Shown here in pieces: positions 1 to 9,500 of a DNA stretch of 60,378 bases (position 1 is the first letter of the stretch; each line of letters begins with the position of its first letter). The position numbers and the translations under genes were made by a program. Under the pieces are notes generated by a model. That model did not search any database and had not been told where the DNA came from. It was given only the letters and a program-made list of their open reading frames with translations. Origin of the DNA: an uncultured Planctomycetia bacterium (GTDB taxonomy: Bacteria; Omnitrophota; Gorgyraeia; Tantalellales; Tantalellaceae); the NCBI GenBank assembly GCA_964527555.1, contig CAZGOG010000007.1:1-60378 (forward strand). Reading direction: 5' to 3'.

Positions 1-210
1 CGGAAGAACAAACTGCTCTCTGTCGGTGCGTGGGATGAGATGCAGGTTGCCGAAGACTATGAACTGGGGCTTGTATTATGGTTTAATGGTCTTAACGTAC
101 CTAATTTTTATACTCTTACTTCAGAGGACCCGGCATCCACTACGTTCCTTACTTTTGAGGTAAGGACGCTTCAGACCTCAAGGTGGAACAAGGGTTATAT
201 AATAGGACTG
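1..210 (+). other. GT2 (cellulose-synthase-like) catalytic C-terminal motifs in G1
   Basis: VGAWDEMQVAEDYELG matches the GxWDxxxxxED motif; QTSRW (172-186) is the QxxRW motif; hydrophobic TM helices follow. Confidence 0.85.
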
Positions 211-3200
211 CTCCAGATTGTTGGTAAAGGGTATATGTGGCGCCTTATCCGTAAAAAAGGAATGATAGGTGCTATTAATTTCCTCGTTCCGACTTTAGCA
301 AGTGCGATATTCCCGTTCTTATTCAGGATATCCAAACTGTTTGCGCTATTCTGGTGGACTTTCTATATACCTGTACAGGCTATAGGCAGCTTGGTGCTTA
401 ACAGCCAGCTTGGCCCGGTTGGCGTATGGTTACAGAATAACCTCGCCATAGGCACTATAGCTACTGATATGCATGAGTTTGTCTCGACGGTAGTACCTAT
501 TGCGCTTAACTTTAACCCCGAGGGATGGGGCTGGGCGGTGGGACCGGTAATTTCACTATCGATGATACTTATACATGCATTTTTCACGGTTGCCTCGATT
601 TTCCAGGGCCCTGATGACGAGTTAGGGCTTGAGACTGCAGACGGTATGTTTGAAGAATTTATTGATAAACTGGAAAATCCGGAACTTGATCGTATCACTG
701 ATATAAGGCAGTGGGCGATGAAAGAATTTGGGTATACGCCTGCAGAAGAAGCAGCGCTTACCGACGAGGAGCGACTTAACATTGTTGTTTCTAATATAGG
801 ACAGTTGTCATTGGTGGAAGGATTCAAAATAACGCAGGAGAAAGTAGATGTCCTTACACCGGGAGAAGAGGACTACCTGAAGTGTGCCGCATGGGGAGCA
901 GCGAATTTGGGATTAAACCCGAGAGAAGCAGTAAGGCGCGTGGATGATATCGGAGGCGCTATGCAATCCGCGATAGAAGAGTTAAAGGAGTCACGCAGGC
1001 ATGTTCAAGCTGGACGCATTAAGAATATAACATTTGTAGGTGGCAGGATCGTTAAGCTTAGCCTGGTTTCGCCTGCTTTGTGGATAGTGTTTGCAGGCCT
1101 TTTCTTGGGTTCTGTTGTGGCGGTGGCCTCAGCATGGAGTTTATTCTCTTTTGGAATGATTACCGCCGCTTTTACAATCGGGTTTACAGTTGTAGCTTTA
1201 GGCTTAGGGCTTGGATATATACATCTTGCTCCGGCAGGATCGATGCAGCGTTCCATAAGGGCAATGCGATTCCGTCTTGCTATGATCAACATGTTCATAC
1301 CGTTCTATCATATGCTGTATCTTTATGGCAACCGTGTCGCCTGGGGCGAAATAGGCCCGAGGATAGGATACTGGCATTTAACACCGCGTGCCGCCGATAT
1401 TCCCGCGGAAATTGCGAAAAAATACCTGGCCAAAGAACCGCAAGCGCCAAAGTTTGATCTCTTTAAAGGCACGACAGCTATAGATAAAGAACTTGAAACT
1501 CCGAGAAAGAGACTGCAGGCGGTACTTAATTATACGTTTCTGGGGGCGATATTTTATGCGATAGCTTATGGACTGAGAGCCGACCTAAGCGATTTTCGTT
1601 TGGGTACTATGATAACAGAATGCTTAAATATAAGCTTTGTCGAACCTGAAGCAGTTCAGATTCTCGGCATGGCCCCTTCAGCATTTTTCCTATGGGGAGT
1701 TGCAATAGGGTTGTTTATTTTAGTGACGGGAGGATTGATCAAGTTTATCAAGAAAGTATGGAGTTTAAGCCGTCCCGAACCGCTTATCCCCTGGGATACA
1801 AATAGACTAGGAAGAGGCTGGGCGGCAGTTTCGCCGACACGGCCGCTGGTGCCGCCTAGAGAGGCTCAGATCAACGGAGAGGCGCCCCACGCATTCCGTA
1901 CGATATCCGTATGGTCATTATTCGGTCTTGGAGGGGGATATGACTGGCTTTTCTACGGCCTGGTTTTCGGTCTTGGAATAATCCCCGCTTACATGATTGC
2001 AAACTGGCAGGGGCTTTCCTATATAGGTACAGGGCTCGGTGTAATGCTTGCTATTATTTCCTTGATATTTGCAGTTACGGGCCGTGACAGGGCAAACGCT
2101 GTTAGAGAAGCTATCCGCCAAGCCCATCCCGAGTTTAACAAACTGGAAGTCTTAACGCATAATATTGGAACCGACGAGGAAGCACTTAAAAAACTCCAAG
2201 AGATCTCTCCTGAAATTTATAAAGACATAAAGGAACACGAATTCTACGAGACGCCTTTTATCGGCCATGTGCTGGGTTTGTGGCCGTTTGTACGGAGAGC
2301 CTTTGTTCTTACCTCGGTGATATCAGCTATAGAAAGTATTTTTATTGCAAAACCACTGCGTCAGACTCCGGTTATTGAAAGAGAAGCCGGTGAGGAAACG
2401 CCTGAAGAGATATTTCGAGTGATAAACGTTACGGTACGCGGTGAAAAGCAGAAGATAGACCAGCCAGTTAAAGCCGCAGTTTTAAGGGTTAAGCCTGCCA
2501 GTACAAATATAACATTAAGCAGAGAGCCGGATTTGAATATCTCATCAGGAGTAAAGCGCGACGGTAGATACGCGTATCGCGTAATCGCCGGAAAACGGGT
2601 TTATGATAACGAACCTCAAGATGCTATGCGCAGGGATATGCCGACTGTTGGCGACCATATCCGCCGGTTTAAAAAGGATCATCCGGATGAAGAGATAATC
2701 GCCATGACGGGGTTTGGGAACCTCTTCATGAATAAATACGTCGTGGCCTGGAAGAACGGCACTTTGTATCATTTAGACGGGGAGGATACCGGCTCCCGCG
2801 AATATTACTGTATAGTACAGCATAAGGAAGATGCCCGCATGTCGCTTGAGAAAGTCAGATTCGCAAGTAACGCTGACGGCACTTATGACATTATAAGAGT
2901 GGATGATAACAGGAACATCTCCGATGATATAGTCTGGGCCGCCAGCGGGCAGCCGGCTATATATAAAGGTGAGATAAAAGGATTCAGCGATACATGGCAG
3001 TACTATTACGACATAAGGCAGCTTGTGAGCCTGCCGTTTATTGCCGGCACGCACCTGGGGATCTCACAGTTCTTTGAGGACAATGAGGCCCAGGATATAA
3101 AGAAAGAGATATTCGAAAAAGTCGCCGCGAAAAAGGTAGTTGAGATCGATATACAGGATCTGGATCTGGCGGAGATAAAAAAGGCCCTTGCGGAGAAAGC

Positions 3201-6195
3201 ATATACCGAAGTGAGCGCGGACACGATTGCCAATCAGGGCGAATATTACATAGAAAACGGGAAGCTTTACATCATCTTTTATTTCGGGGTATACCCGCAT
3301 CATCTCTTGTGTCTGACCGAAAACGGGGAGTATCTGGATGTGGAAATCGACGGTAAATCGAATGTACGCGGCCTGAACACGGAAGAACTCGGCAGGTGGC
3401 TGCGCGAAAACATAGACCCGGCTATAACCGATGCACTTGTCGTGGATAACGGCGCGGATATTTTCATGAGATATAAAGATGAAGAGGTGCTAGGGGCCAG
3501 GGACCGGTTTACCACGATGGTAATATACTCGAGACCGGTTGAGCCGTCTCTTGCACCGCAGCTATTGGAGATGGCGCCGGAAGATCTATTCCTGATGCAT
3601 AACGCTGCGTATGTGGAGAACCATGCAAGAAGAGTTGTCAGGGTATCTGAACTGATAAGCCCCATAGCTATGCGCTTGGCGGAGAAGGAGCTTTCAGAAG
3701 ACCTCGTTAGCAAGATCAGGATTGTTGCTGCAGCTCATGATCTAGGCGGTCCGGCGACGCTTGTTCATCCGTCTGAAGAAGCTGCTATTAGAGAGAGCCT
3801 GGAAAGTAAAGGCATTAAAGTTCCAGAAAAGCCTTCAAGGGATATCGAGGCGTATGAGAGGACAAGACGGGAACTTGAGGAAAGAAGGGGCGAATTTTCC
3901 CTTAAAGAGATAAATTACGCGCTTGACCTTTACCAGGGGCCGTCGAGTTTACGCGCATTGGATGAAAAAGGCATCATGGTACCGGAGAATATACGCACTG
4001 CGATACTTTTCCATCATCACATAGAGGAATTGGAAGGGTACTTGGCTGAGCAGCCCTGGAGCGATGTAGAAAAAGACGAGACTCGGCAAATCCTCGAGGT
4101 ACTTGTCGCTTCCGATATAATCGAAAACGGTATAAACCGTTTTAAACGCATTTATTATAGAGGCAAAAACCAGATCGAAACGCCTAAAAACACTTTAGGT
4201 TTCATGACGAGAGTGTACGGAAAAGTCCTGCCGCAAGAAGTGATAGAAGCTTACAAATCGCTTGTTGACTGGCAGACAGAAGAAGGCGAGTACGAGGACG
4301 AAACCATGCGAAAAATAGTCTCTGACGCTAAACAAATCGATACCGCCGAAAAGAACTGTTTACTTGATGAGAACATAAACCCGAGGAAGAGGTCCATTAT
4401 GGAGGTAGAAGAGGAAGAACTCCTTGGTCTTGCCACAAACGAGCTTAATAGAGAGCATATTCGAAGGATCATCGCGATGTTTGATATCCTGTGGCCGCTG
4501 GGAAGAGAAGCCAAAACAAAGCAACAAAAAGAAGACCTCCAATATTACCGGCGCGTCATGCACAGATTTTTTATAGTCCATGCTATGGACAGCCCTTACG
4601 GGACAGACGCAATGGTCACCGGCATGGACCATGCAGAAGACCCGTACCGCGTGTTAGCGGAAAATAATATCGTCAGCGCCGATGAAATAGACGCACTTCT
4701 CCACGACAGCGCTTTTAGGAATAAGAAAGCAGCATTTAGAAGTATCGACCAGTCAAATCTGGATCCCGTCAAAAAAGAATGGCTGAGAGCCATGTATGTC
4801 TATTCCACTATAGCCGACTCTATAGAGATGGGTTCGGATTATTTAAGGAAAGTTGAAGTAAGAAGGAAAAAGGGAGAAGCTGTACGCGCTTTGGAGACAC
4901 CTCTAGAGGCGTTTACTTTCACAAAGAAGAATTTTAAAGACAACGGTATAGAGGCAGCAGATTATCTGACTAAAGAAGCGATTGCCGTGTTTGAAAATAC
5001 AAATTCCAGCGAATACAAAGCATTGCAGGAAGTGATATCCTTCGGTACGGAAAGCACGGTTACACTAGGCATCCCTGAGAATGTATGGAATGCCCTGACG
5101 GAAGAGCATCTAAGGGTTATTAGCCGGATGCAGGACGTCTTCAGAGTCGTAAAGATAGAGGTAACTGATAAAGAAGTGCAGGAGGCTGGCGGAGATGTAA
5201 GAGAAGCACAGCTTAAGAAACTGGAGAACCTTACCATGCTGCACAGGGGTATAGACGTTCTTCTCGATATAGACGCGGAAGGCATGACAAGCGCGCAAAT
5301 ATTAGCTCAGGCCGGCGATGTTATCGAAAAGGCCAGGGAAAATGTTATTGGGCTTATGCATCCCGAAACCGCTGCATTAACGGAAGAGAACGTCGCAAAG
5401 ATCCAAAATATAGATAAACTCGCGAATATAGCAGGAATACTGGCACGCATGCCGTATTCCGACAACAAAGCTCTTATAGGCGAAAAGAGTTTATACGAGA
5501 TAAGGATAGAGAAGATCCATGCTAAGCTGCTTCCCGGGGAAATGATGGCCCAGGTTCGAAAGACTTTTATGTCGAAGGATACGAATGAGCTTGGCGCAAA
5601 ATACTTCAACGTAACGGCCAGAAGAGTAGCTGACTTAAAACTCATAGCCGATGCTATAGAAGGCATGGGTATGAGCAAGGAAGAAGCGTCAGAGCGCATC
5701 ATGGTGACGGTAATGAACGAAAATATAACGGAAGAGAACCTGGATGAGTATATGAAAGCTATGGCTCTGGATGCTTGCTTGGAGAGAGAGAACATAAAAG
5801 TGCTTACAAAAGATGAGATCGGCAAAGTGACATTTACCAAGCTTATGGAAGTGGTTGAGAACGCCTTCGCGAAGAAGGGGATCAGAGTAGAAAGAAACCA
5901 GATCGCCATAGGCGATACGGCGGAGGATCTAGTAAAACCGGATGAGGAGACAATCTTCACGGATGCTGATGCTCCTCTATACGTCCAGATGCAAGGCGAA
6001 GGCATAGTATCACAGCTATTACTCACGCTGCTTGAGATCGCATCCACCGAGACTATACCGGAAAGCCTGGGTAAGGCTACTGTCAAGGACGGCTATAAGA
6101 GATGGTATATATACATGCCGAATATAGAGAAAATAGACTTTGAGGACTTGAGAGTGGAGCTTGAGAATTATGAACAGGTTCTGATAAGGGCTTAA
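1..6195 (+). CDS. Giant multidomain membrane protein G1, 5'-partial: C-terminal half of a processive GT2, multiple TM helices, NAGPA-like domain, two HD domains, shared C-terminal domain
   Basis: Frame 1 is open from base 1 (RKNKLLSVGAWDEMQVAED...), so the ATG at 40 is internal. Stop TAA at 6193-6195. Domain motifs are listed in separate features. Confidence 0.95.
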   Translation, partial: RKNKLLSVGAWDEMQVAEDYELGLVLWFNGLNVPNFYTLTSEDPASTTFLTFEVRTLQTSRWNKGYIIGLLQIVGKGYMWRLIRKKGMIGAINFLVPTLASAIFPFLFRISKLFALFWWTFYIPVQAIGSLVLNSQLGPVGVWLQNNLAIGTIATDMHEFVSTVVPIALNFNPEGWGWAVGPVISLSMILIHAFFTVASIFQGPDDELGLETADGMFEEFIDKLENPELDRITDIRQWAMKEFGYTPAEEAALTDEERLNIVVSNIGQLSLVEGFKITQEKVDVLTPGEEDYLKCAAWGAANLGLNPREAVRRVDDIGGAMQSAIEELKESRRHVQAGRIKNITFVGGRIVKLSLVSPALWIVFAGLFLGSVVAVASAWSLFSFGMITAAFTIGFTVVALGLGLGYIHLAPAGSMQRSIRAMRFRLAMINMFIPFYHMLYLYGNRVAWGEIGPRIGYWHLTPRAADIPAEIAKKYLAKEPQAPKFDLFKGTTAIDKELETPRKRLQAVLNYTFLGAIFYAIAYGLRADLSDFRLGTMITECLNISFVEPEAVQILGMAPSAFFLWGVAIGLFILVTGGLIKFIKKVWSLSRPEPLIPWDTNRLGRGWAAVSPTRPLVPPREAQINGEAPHAFRTISVWSLFGLGGGYDWLFYGLVFGLGIIPAYMIANWQGLSYIGTGLGVMLAIISLIFAVTGRDRANAVREAIRQAHPEFNKLEVLTHNIGTDEEALKKLQEISPEIYKDIKEHEFYETPFIGHVLGLWPFVRRAFVLTSVISAIESIFIAKPLRQTPVIEREAGEETPEEIFRVINVTVRGEKQKIDQPVKAAVLRVKPASTNITLSREPDLNISSGVKRDGRYAYRVIAGKRVYDNEPQDAMRRDMPTVGDHIRRFKKDHPDEEIIAMTGFGNLFMNKYVVAWKNGTLYHLDGEDTGSREYYCIVQHKEDARMSLEKVRFASNADGTYDIIRVDDNRNISDDIVWAASGQPAIYKGEIKGFSDTWQYYYDIRQLVSLPFIAGTHLGISQFFEDNEAQDIKKEIFEKVAAKKVVEIDIQDLDLAEIKKALAEKAYTEVSADTIANQGEYYIENGKLYIIFYFGVYPHHLLCLTENGEYLDVEIDGKSNVRGLNTEELGRWLRENIDPAITDALVVDNGADIFMRYKDEEVLGARDRFTTMVIYSRPVEPSLAPQLLEMAPEDLFLMHNAAYVENHARRVVRVSELISPIAMRLAEKELSEDLVSKIRIVAAAHDLGGPATLVHPSEEAAIRESLESKGIKVPEKPSRDIEAYERTRRELEERRGEFSLKEINYALDLYQGPSSLRALDEKGIMVPENIRTAILFHHHIEELEGYLAEQPWSDVEKDETRQILEVLVASDIIENGINRFKRIYYRGKNQIETPKNTLGFMTRVYGKVLPQEVIEAYKSLVDWQTEEGEYEDETMRKIVSDAKQIDTAEKNCLLDENINPRKRSIMEVEEEELLGLATNELNREHIRRIIAMFDILWPLGREAKTKQQKEDLQYYRRVMHRFFIVHAMDSPYGTDAMVTGMDHAEDPYRVLAENNIVSADEIDALLHDSAFRNKKAAFRSIDQSNLDPVKKEWLRAMYVYSTIADSIEMGSDYLRKVEVRRKKGEAVRALETPLEAFTFTKKNFKDNGIEAADYLTKEAIAVFENTNSSEYKALQEVISFGTESTVTLGIPENVWNALTEEHLRVISRMQDVFRVVKIEVTDKEVQEAGGDVREAQLKKLENLTMLHRGIDVLLDIDAEGMTSAQILAQAGDVIEKARENVIGLMHPETAALTEENVAKIQNIDKLANIAGILARMPYSDNKALIGEKSLYEIRIEKIHAKLLPGEMMAQVRKTFMSKDTNELGAKYFNVTARRVADLKLIADAIEGMGMSKEEASERIMVTVMNENITEENLDEYMKAMALDACLERENIKVLTKDEIGKVTFTKLMEVVENAFAKKGIRVERNQIAIGDTAEDLVKPDEETIFTDADAPLYVQMQGEGIVSQLLLTLLEIASTETIPESLGKATVKDGYKRWYIYMPNIEKIDFEDLRVELENYEQVLIRA
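2570..3535 (+). other. Divergent phosphodiester glycosidase (NAGPA/DUF2233)-like domain in G1
   Basis: YPHHLLCLTENGEYLDVEIDG...GLNTEELGRWL...DALVVDNGADIFM...RDRFTTMVI parallels the family pattern HPRTAIGxTxDGxxxxVVVDG...GxTLxELAxxL...AxNLDGGGS...RxV. Confidence 0.6.
3600..4900 (+). other. Two tandem HD-superfamily phosphohydrolase domains in G1, the second degenerate
   Basis: Copy 1: NHARRV (3622), AAAHDLG (3736), ILFHHH (4012), VASDIIENG (4114). Copy 2: EHIRRI (4456), IVHAMD (4579), IADSIEMG (4816). Both are followed by ETP. Confidence 0.7.
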
Positions 6196-6296
6196 TTGAT
6201 AGGTGTGGCGAGCAACCGAAAGGAGGGGATAGTAAGAAAAAAACTAGTATGACCTAACCGAAATAAGAGGTGCAAAAACCTTCCTGCATCTCGGAG

Positions 6297-6350
6297 ATGT
6301 CCTCACCGCCTGAGTCGTAACAAGCTTAGGGGTGGGGACATTCTTTTTCT
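6297..6350 (+). terminator. Intrinsic terminator after G1
   Basis: ATGTCCTCACC-G-CCTGAG / CTTAGG-GGTGGGGACAT stem (two G-U pairs) followed by TCTTTTTCT. Confidence 0.8.
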
Positions 6351-6466
6351 GGCAAGCAGCCAGTTTTATATTAATTTACATAACATATTATAAATATTAG
6401 ACTTGAGAATCCAAGGAAAAATTATTTTACAATATGTTAAGATTCAAAAAAGCTTGCAAAGAATTA

Positions 6467-6494
6467 TTGACTAGAATTAAGCATGTGTTATAAT
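6467..6494 (+). promoter_or_regulatory. sigma70-type promoter with extended -10 for G2
   Basis: TTGACT (6467-6472), 16 nt spacer, TGn, TATAAT (6489-6494). Confidence 0.7.
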
Positions 6495-6554
6495 AATGTA
6501 AACTTACAAGTTAAGAAATAAAAAAGTTTAAGCTAGGTTTTTGTTTATTCAATC

Positions 6555-9500
6555 ATGGCGGGGGAATATATAAAACAGGGAATTTGTATGGATATACAAA
6601 ATAATAGAAAAAGTCACTTCCATGAAAAAACTTTTCATTATAAGGAAGTTTGCCCATTCTTCTCAAGCACAAAAGAAGATAATTCCAACTATGGCATAGC
6701 GGACTGGAAAAAGCGCAATGCCTTTTTTATTAAATGCGTAAGTATTTTGTTATCAATCATTTTCTTCCACCAGCAGGCCGGCTGGACCCAGGAAGGCAAA
6801 CCTGTCTGGACAGAGATCAAGAGCTATGACGCCTATCACGAAAAACTCGACAACACCAGTATAGACATTCCTTACGATGTCGCAAATACCCAGGAAGCTC
6901 TCGCTAACGGCGGAGATGAAGTCATAATCAATATCCAGGACGCTCATGCATCATTGGCCGCCCAGTACTCAATTGCCAAACTCTTAGATTCACTTGTCGC
7001 GAATTATGACCTGGAATTTATTGCCATAGAAGGCGGAAGCGGATATATCGACACTTCGCTATTAAAGACGTTCCCGGATAAAAAGGTGAGGGATAAAGCA
7101 GCCAATATTCTTATGGAAGAAGGCCATATGAGCGCAGGTGAGTTTTTTGCTGTGACGCATGACGAAAGCGAGATCGATCTCTATGGAGTCGAAGACGACG
7201 CGCTTTATAATGCCAACGTCGAAAGTTTCAGGGCAGTCGCGGGGGACAGGATAGAGCGCGTTGATAATATCAATAAACTGCTTAAGGAGCTTGAGAATAT
7301 AGAGAGGAAAGTTTCTTCGAACGAGCTTTATACTTTCAGTGAAAACTGTGCCCGGCATAGAGATGGCGAGTTTTCCTTCTCAGACCACTGGAAATATATC
7401 GAAAATCTTGCCGAGAACAAAAAAATCAAGTTTAATCCCGAACCGGAACTGGCAAAACTGGTCGAGGCTATAAGACTCGAAAAAACAATAGATTTCTCCA
7501 AAGCCAATACCGAACGAAAGCGATTAATAGACAGCTTGAGCGATATCATCGGGAAAGCGGAACTTGAAGCGCTTGTCAAGAAGTCGCTTGATTTCAAAGA
7601 AAACAGGATATCGCAGGCAACGTTCCACACTTATATCATAGACCTAGCGGCAAAACACAATATTCCCGCCGACGGATACACTAACCTTATAGCCTTTGCC
7701 GAATACGTGGATATTTATGAATCTGTTGACATCGTAAAATTGTACCGCCAGATGGCGAATCTTGAAAAGACGGTTAAGGAAAAGCTTTACCGCACGGGCG
7801 AAGAAAGAGAGTTTTATGCTCTTAAAAGGATGCTGGAGCTCGCAAAAAAACTTTACAGCTTAGAACTTACGAACGATGAATGCGCCGATATAGAATCAGG
7901 CTACAAGGATTTTACCCCCGCCAGATATGCTTCTTTTATCAAGGATGCCTCTTCAAAGTACAGCCTTGCCATTTCCGGAGATTACGATTTGAGTGAAGTA
8001 TTTAATAGTATTGATGAAGCTCTCAACTTTTACCGGGATGCCGAAGCCAGGAATAGCGCCATTCTTGCCAACACCGTCAAAAGGATGCGTTCCAGCGGCA
8101 AGCGCGTTGCGGCGCTGATTACGGGCGGATATCATACGCAGGGCCTTACGGAACTTATGCGCCAGAAGAAGCTTTCGTACCTGGTAGTCATACCGAAGTT
8201 TGAAGACAAGAGAGAAAGGCCGTATATAGCCATCCTTACCAACAGGAAAAAACCCTACGAAAAGGTGCTTGAGACCGGAAAATATCAGCTCGCCATAGAG
8301 GCAATATTCCGGGATAAGATGGATAGGGAAAGTCAAAAAGCGCTTTTTAGTCTTACTTATGACCTTACCATGCGGGATGCAAGTATCAAGCCTGGCGAAC
8401 GCGAAAGAAAAAGACGGATCTGGATAGAAGCATATGAAGCTCGCTATGACATGCTTGTCGAGCTTAAGGGCAAGAGGGACATGGCGAAAAAAATGACGCC
8501 GAATGAGTTTAGAGCGTTTCTTGCGGGAAAAGCGGCTGAAGAAGACTCCCGGAAAGAAGGGGAGAAAACAGCCGCAGAAAAAACAGAAGAGGAGAAGATA
8601 ACGGAGATAGTAGACTTTGTCATCGCGAATGATCCGGACCTGTATAAGTTAATATCGAGGTTGCTGCCAACTGGGAACGAGACTACCGTAAAAATCAGAG
8701 ACGAAATAAGCGTGCGTTTAAGGAGTAAAGGACTGGAACCCACGGAAGACAATATTCTTAAAGTGATCCGCAGGCTTGAGATCCATTATATAGAGAATAC
8801 GACCACGAGCGAACCTGTTATTGAAGTTAAATTCGGCAGGGAAGAACCGGTTCAGTTATCTATTAGAATGTCCGAACTGGCAGGTGAATTCGCTGATTAT
8901 GTTGCTTTTGTAAAAGGAGGGGGCGAGCTTCAGGATTTAGCGTTTACCAGCGAAGACAGAAAGTTTATTGAAGAGAAACTTACGCTTCTTAAAACAGATC
9001 TTCAGGCGCTGGCCGTTTTTGAGGCGGATGATGAGACAAGACAGCTGATACTCCGGCATACGGATCTGGCAATAGGTGCTTTATACAGCGGACTTAACAC
9101 CTATCCTCCGGATATCAGGGAGGAAGTAGAGGATATAACTTTTACTTACGGGAGCAGCCGGCTTATAAAAGATATCGTTATTTCCTGTGACACGTTCGAA
9201 AAAGCCGAAGATCTTGCCATGAAGATCGGTCTTTATGACGGAAAAACTAAAAGAGAATATTCCCATACTGAGATAATGGCGCTTAAGGGGAGTTTTCAGC
9301 TCGACGAAGAGACGGTAGATGAAGATGACGCAAGGCGCCAGTTTGTTGTAGTAAAAGACTGGCAGGTGTCACGAAGAGATTTTCTGAAAGGCGCGGGACT
9401 TGGGATACTGGCGGGTTCGCTATTGGTATCAGACGAAAATACTGCTCTTGCGGAAAAGCCAAACGGTAATTTGCGTATGGGCCAGCCGGAAGTTTTAGCA

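Noticed and set aside
40-42. ATG at 40 as the start of G1
   Set aside because: The frame is open from base 1 and this Met falls inside the GT2 WDxxxxxED motif, so the gene starts upstream of the window.
6200-6295. c-di-GMP-I (GEMM) riboswitch suggested by CC-GAAA-GG and ACCTAA
   Set aside because: It lacks the GGCAAAC/GCAAAG core and lies 3' of a gene, upstream of a terminator, not in a 5' leader.
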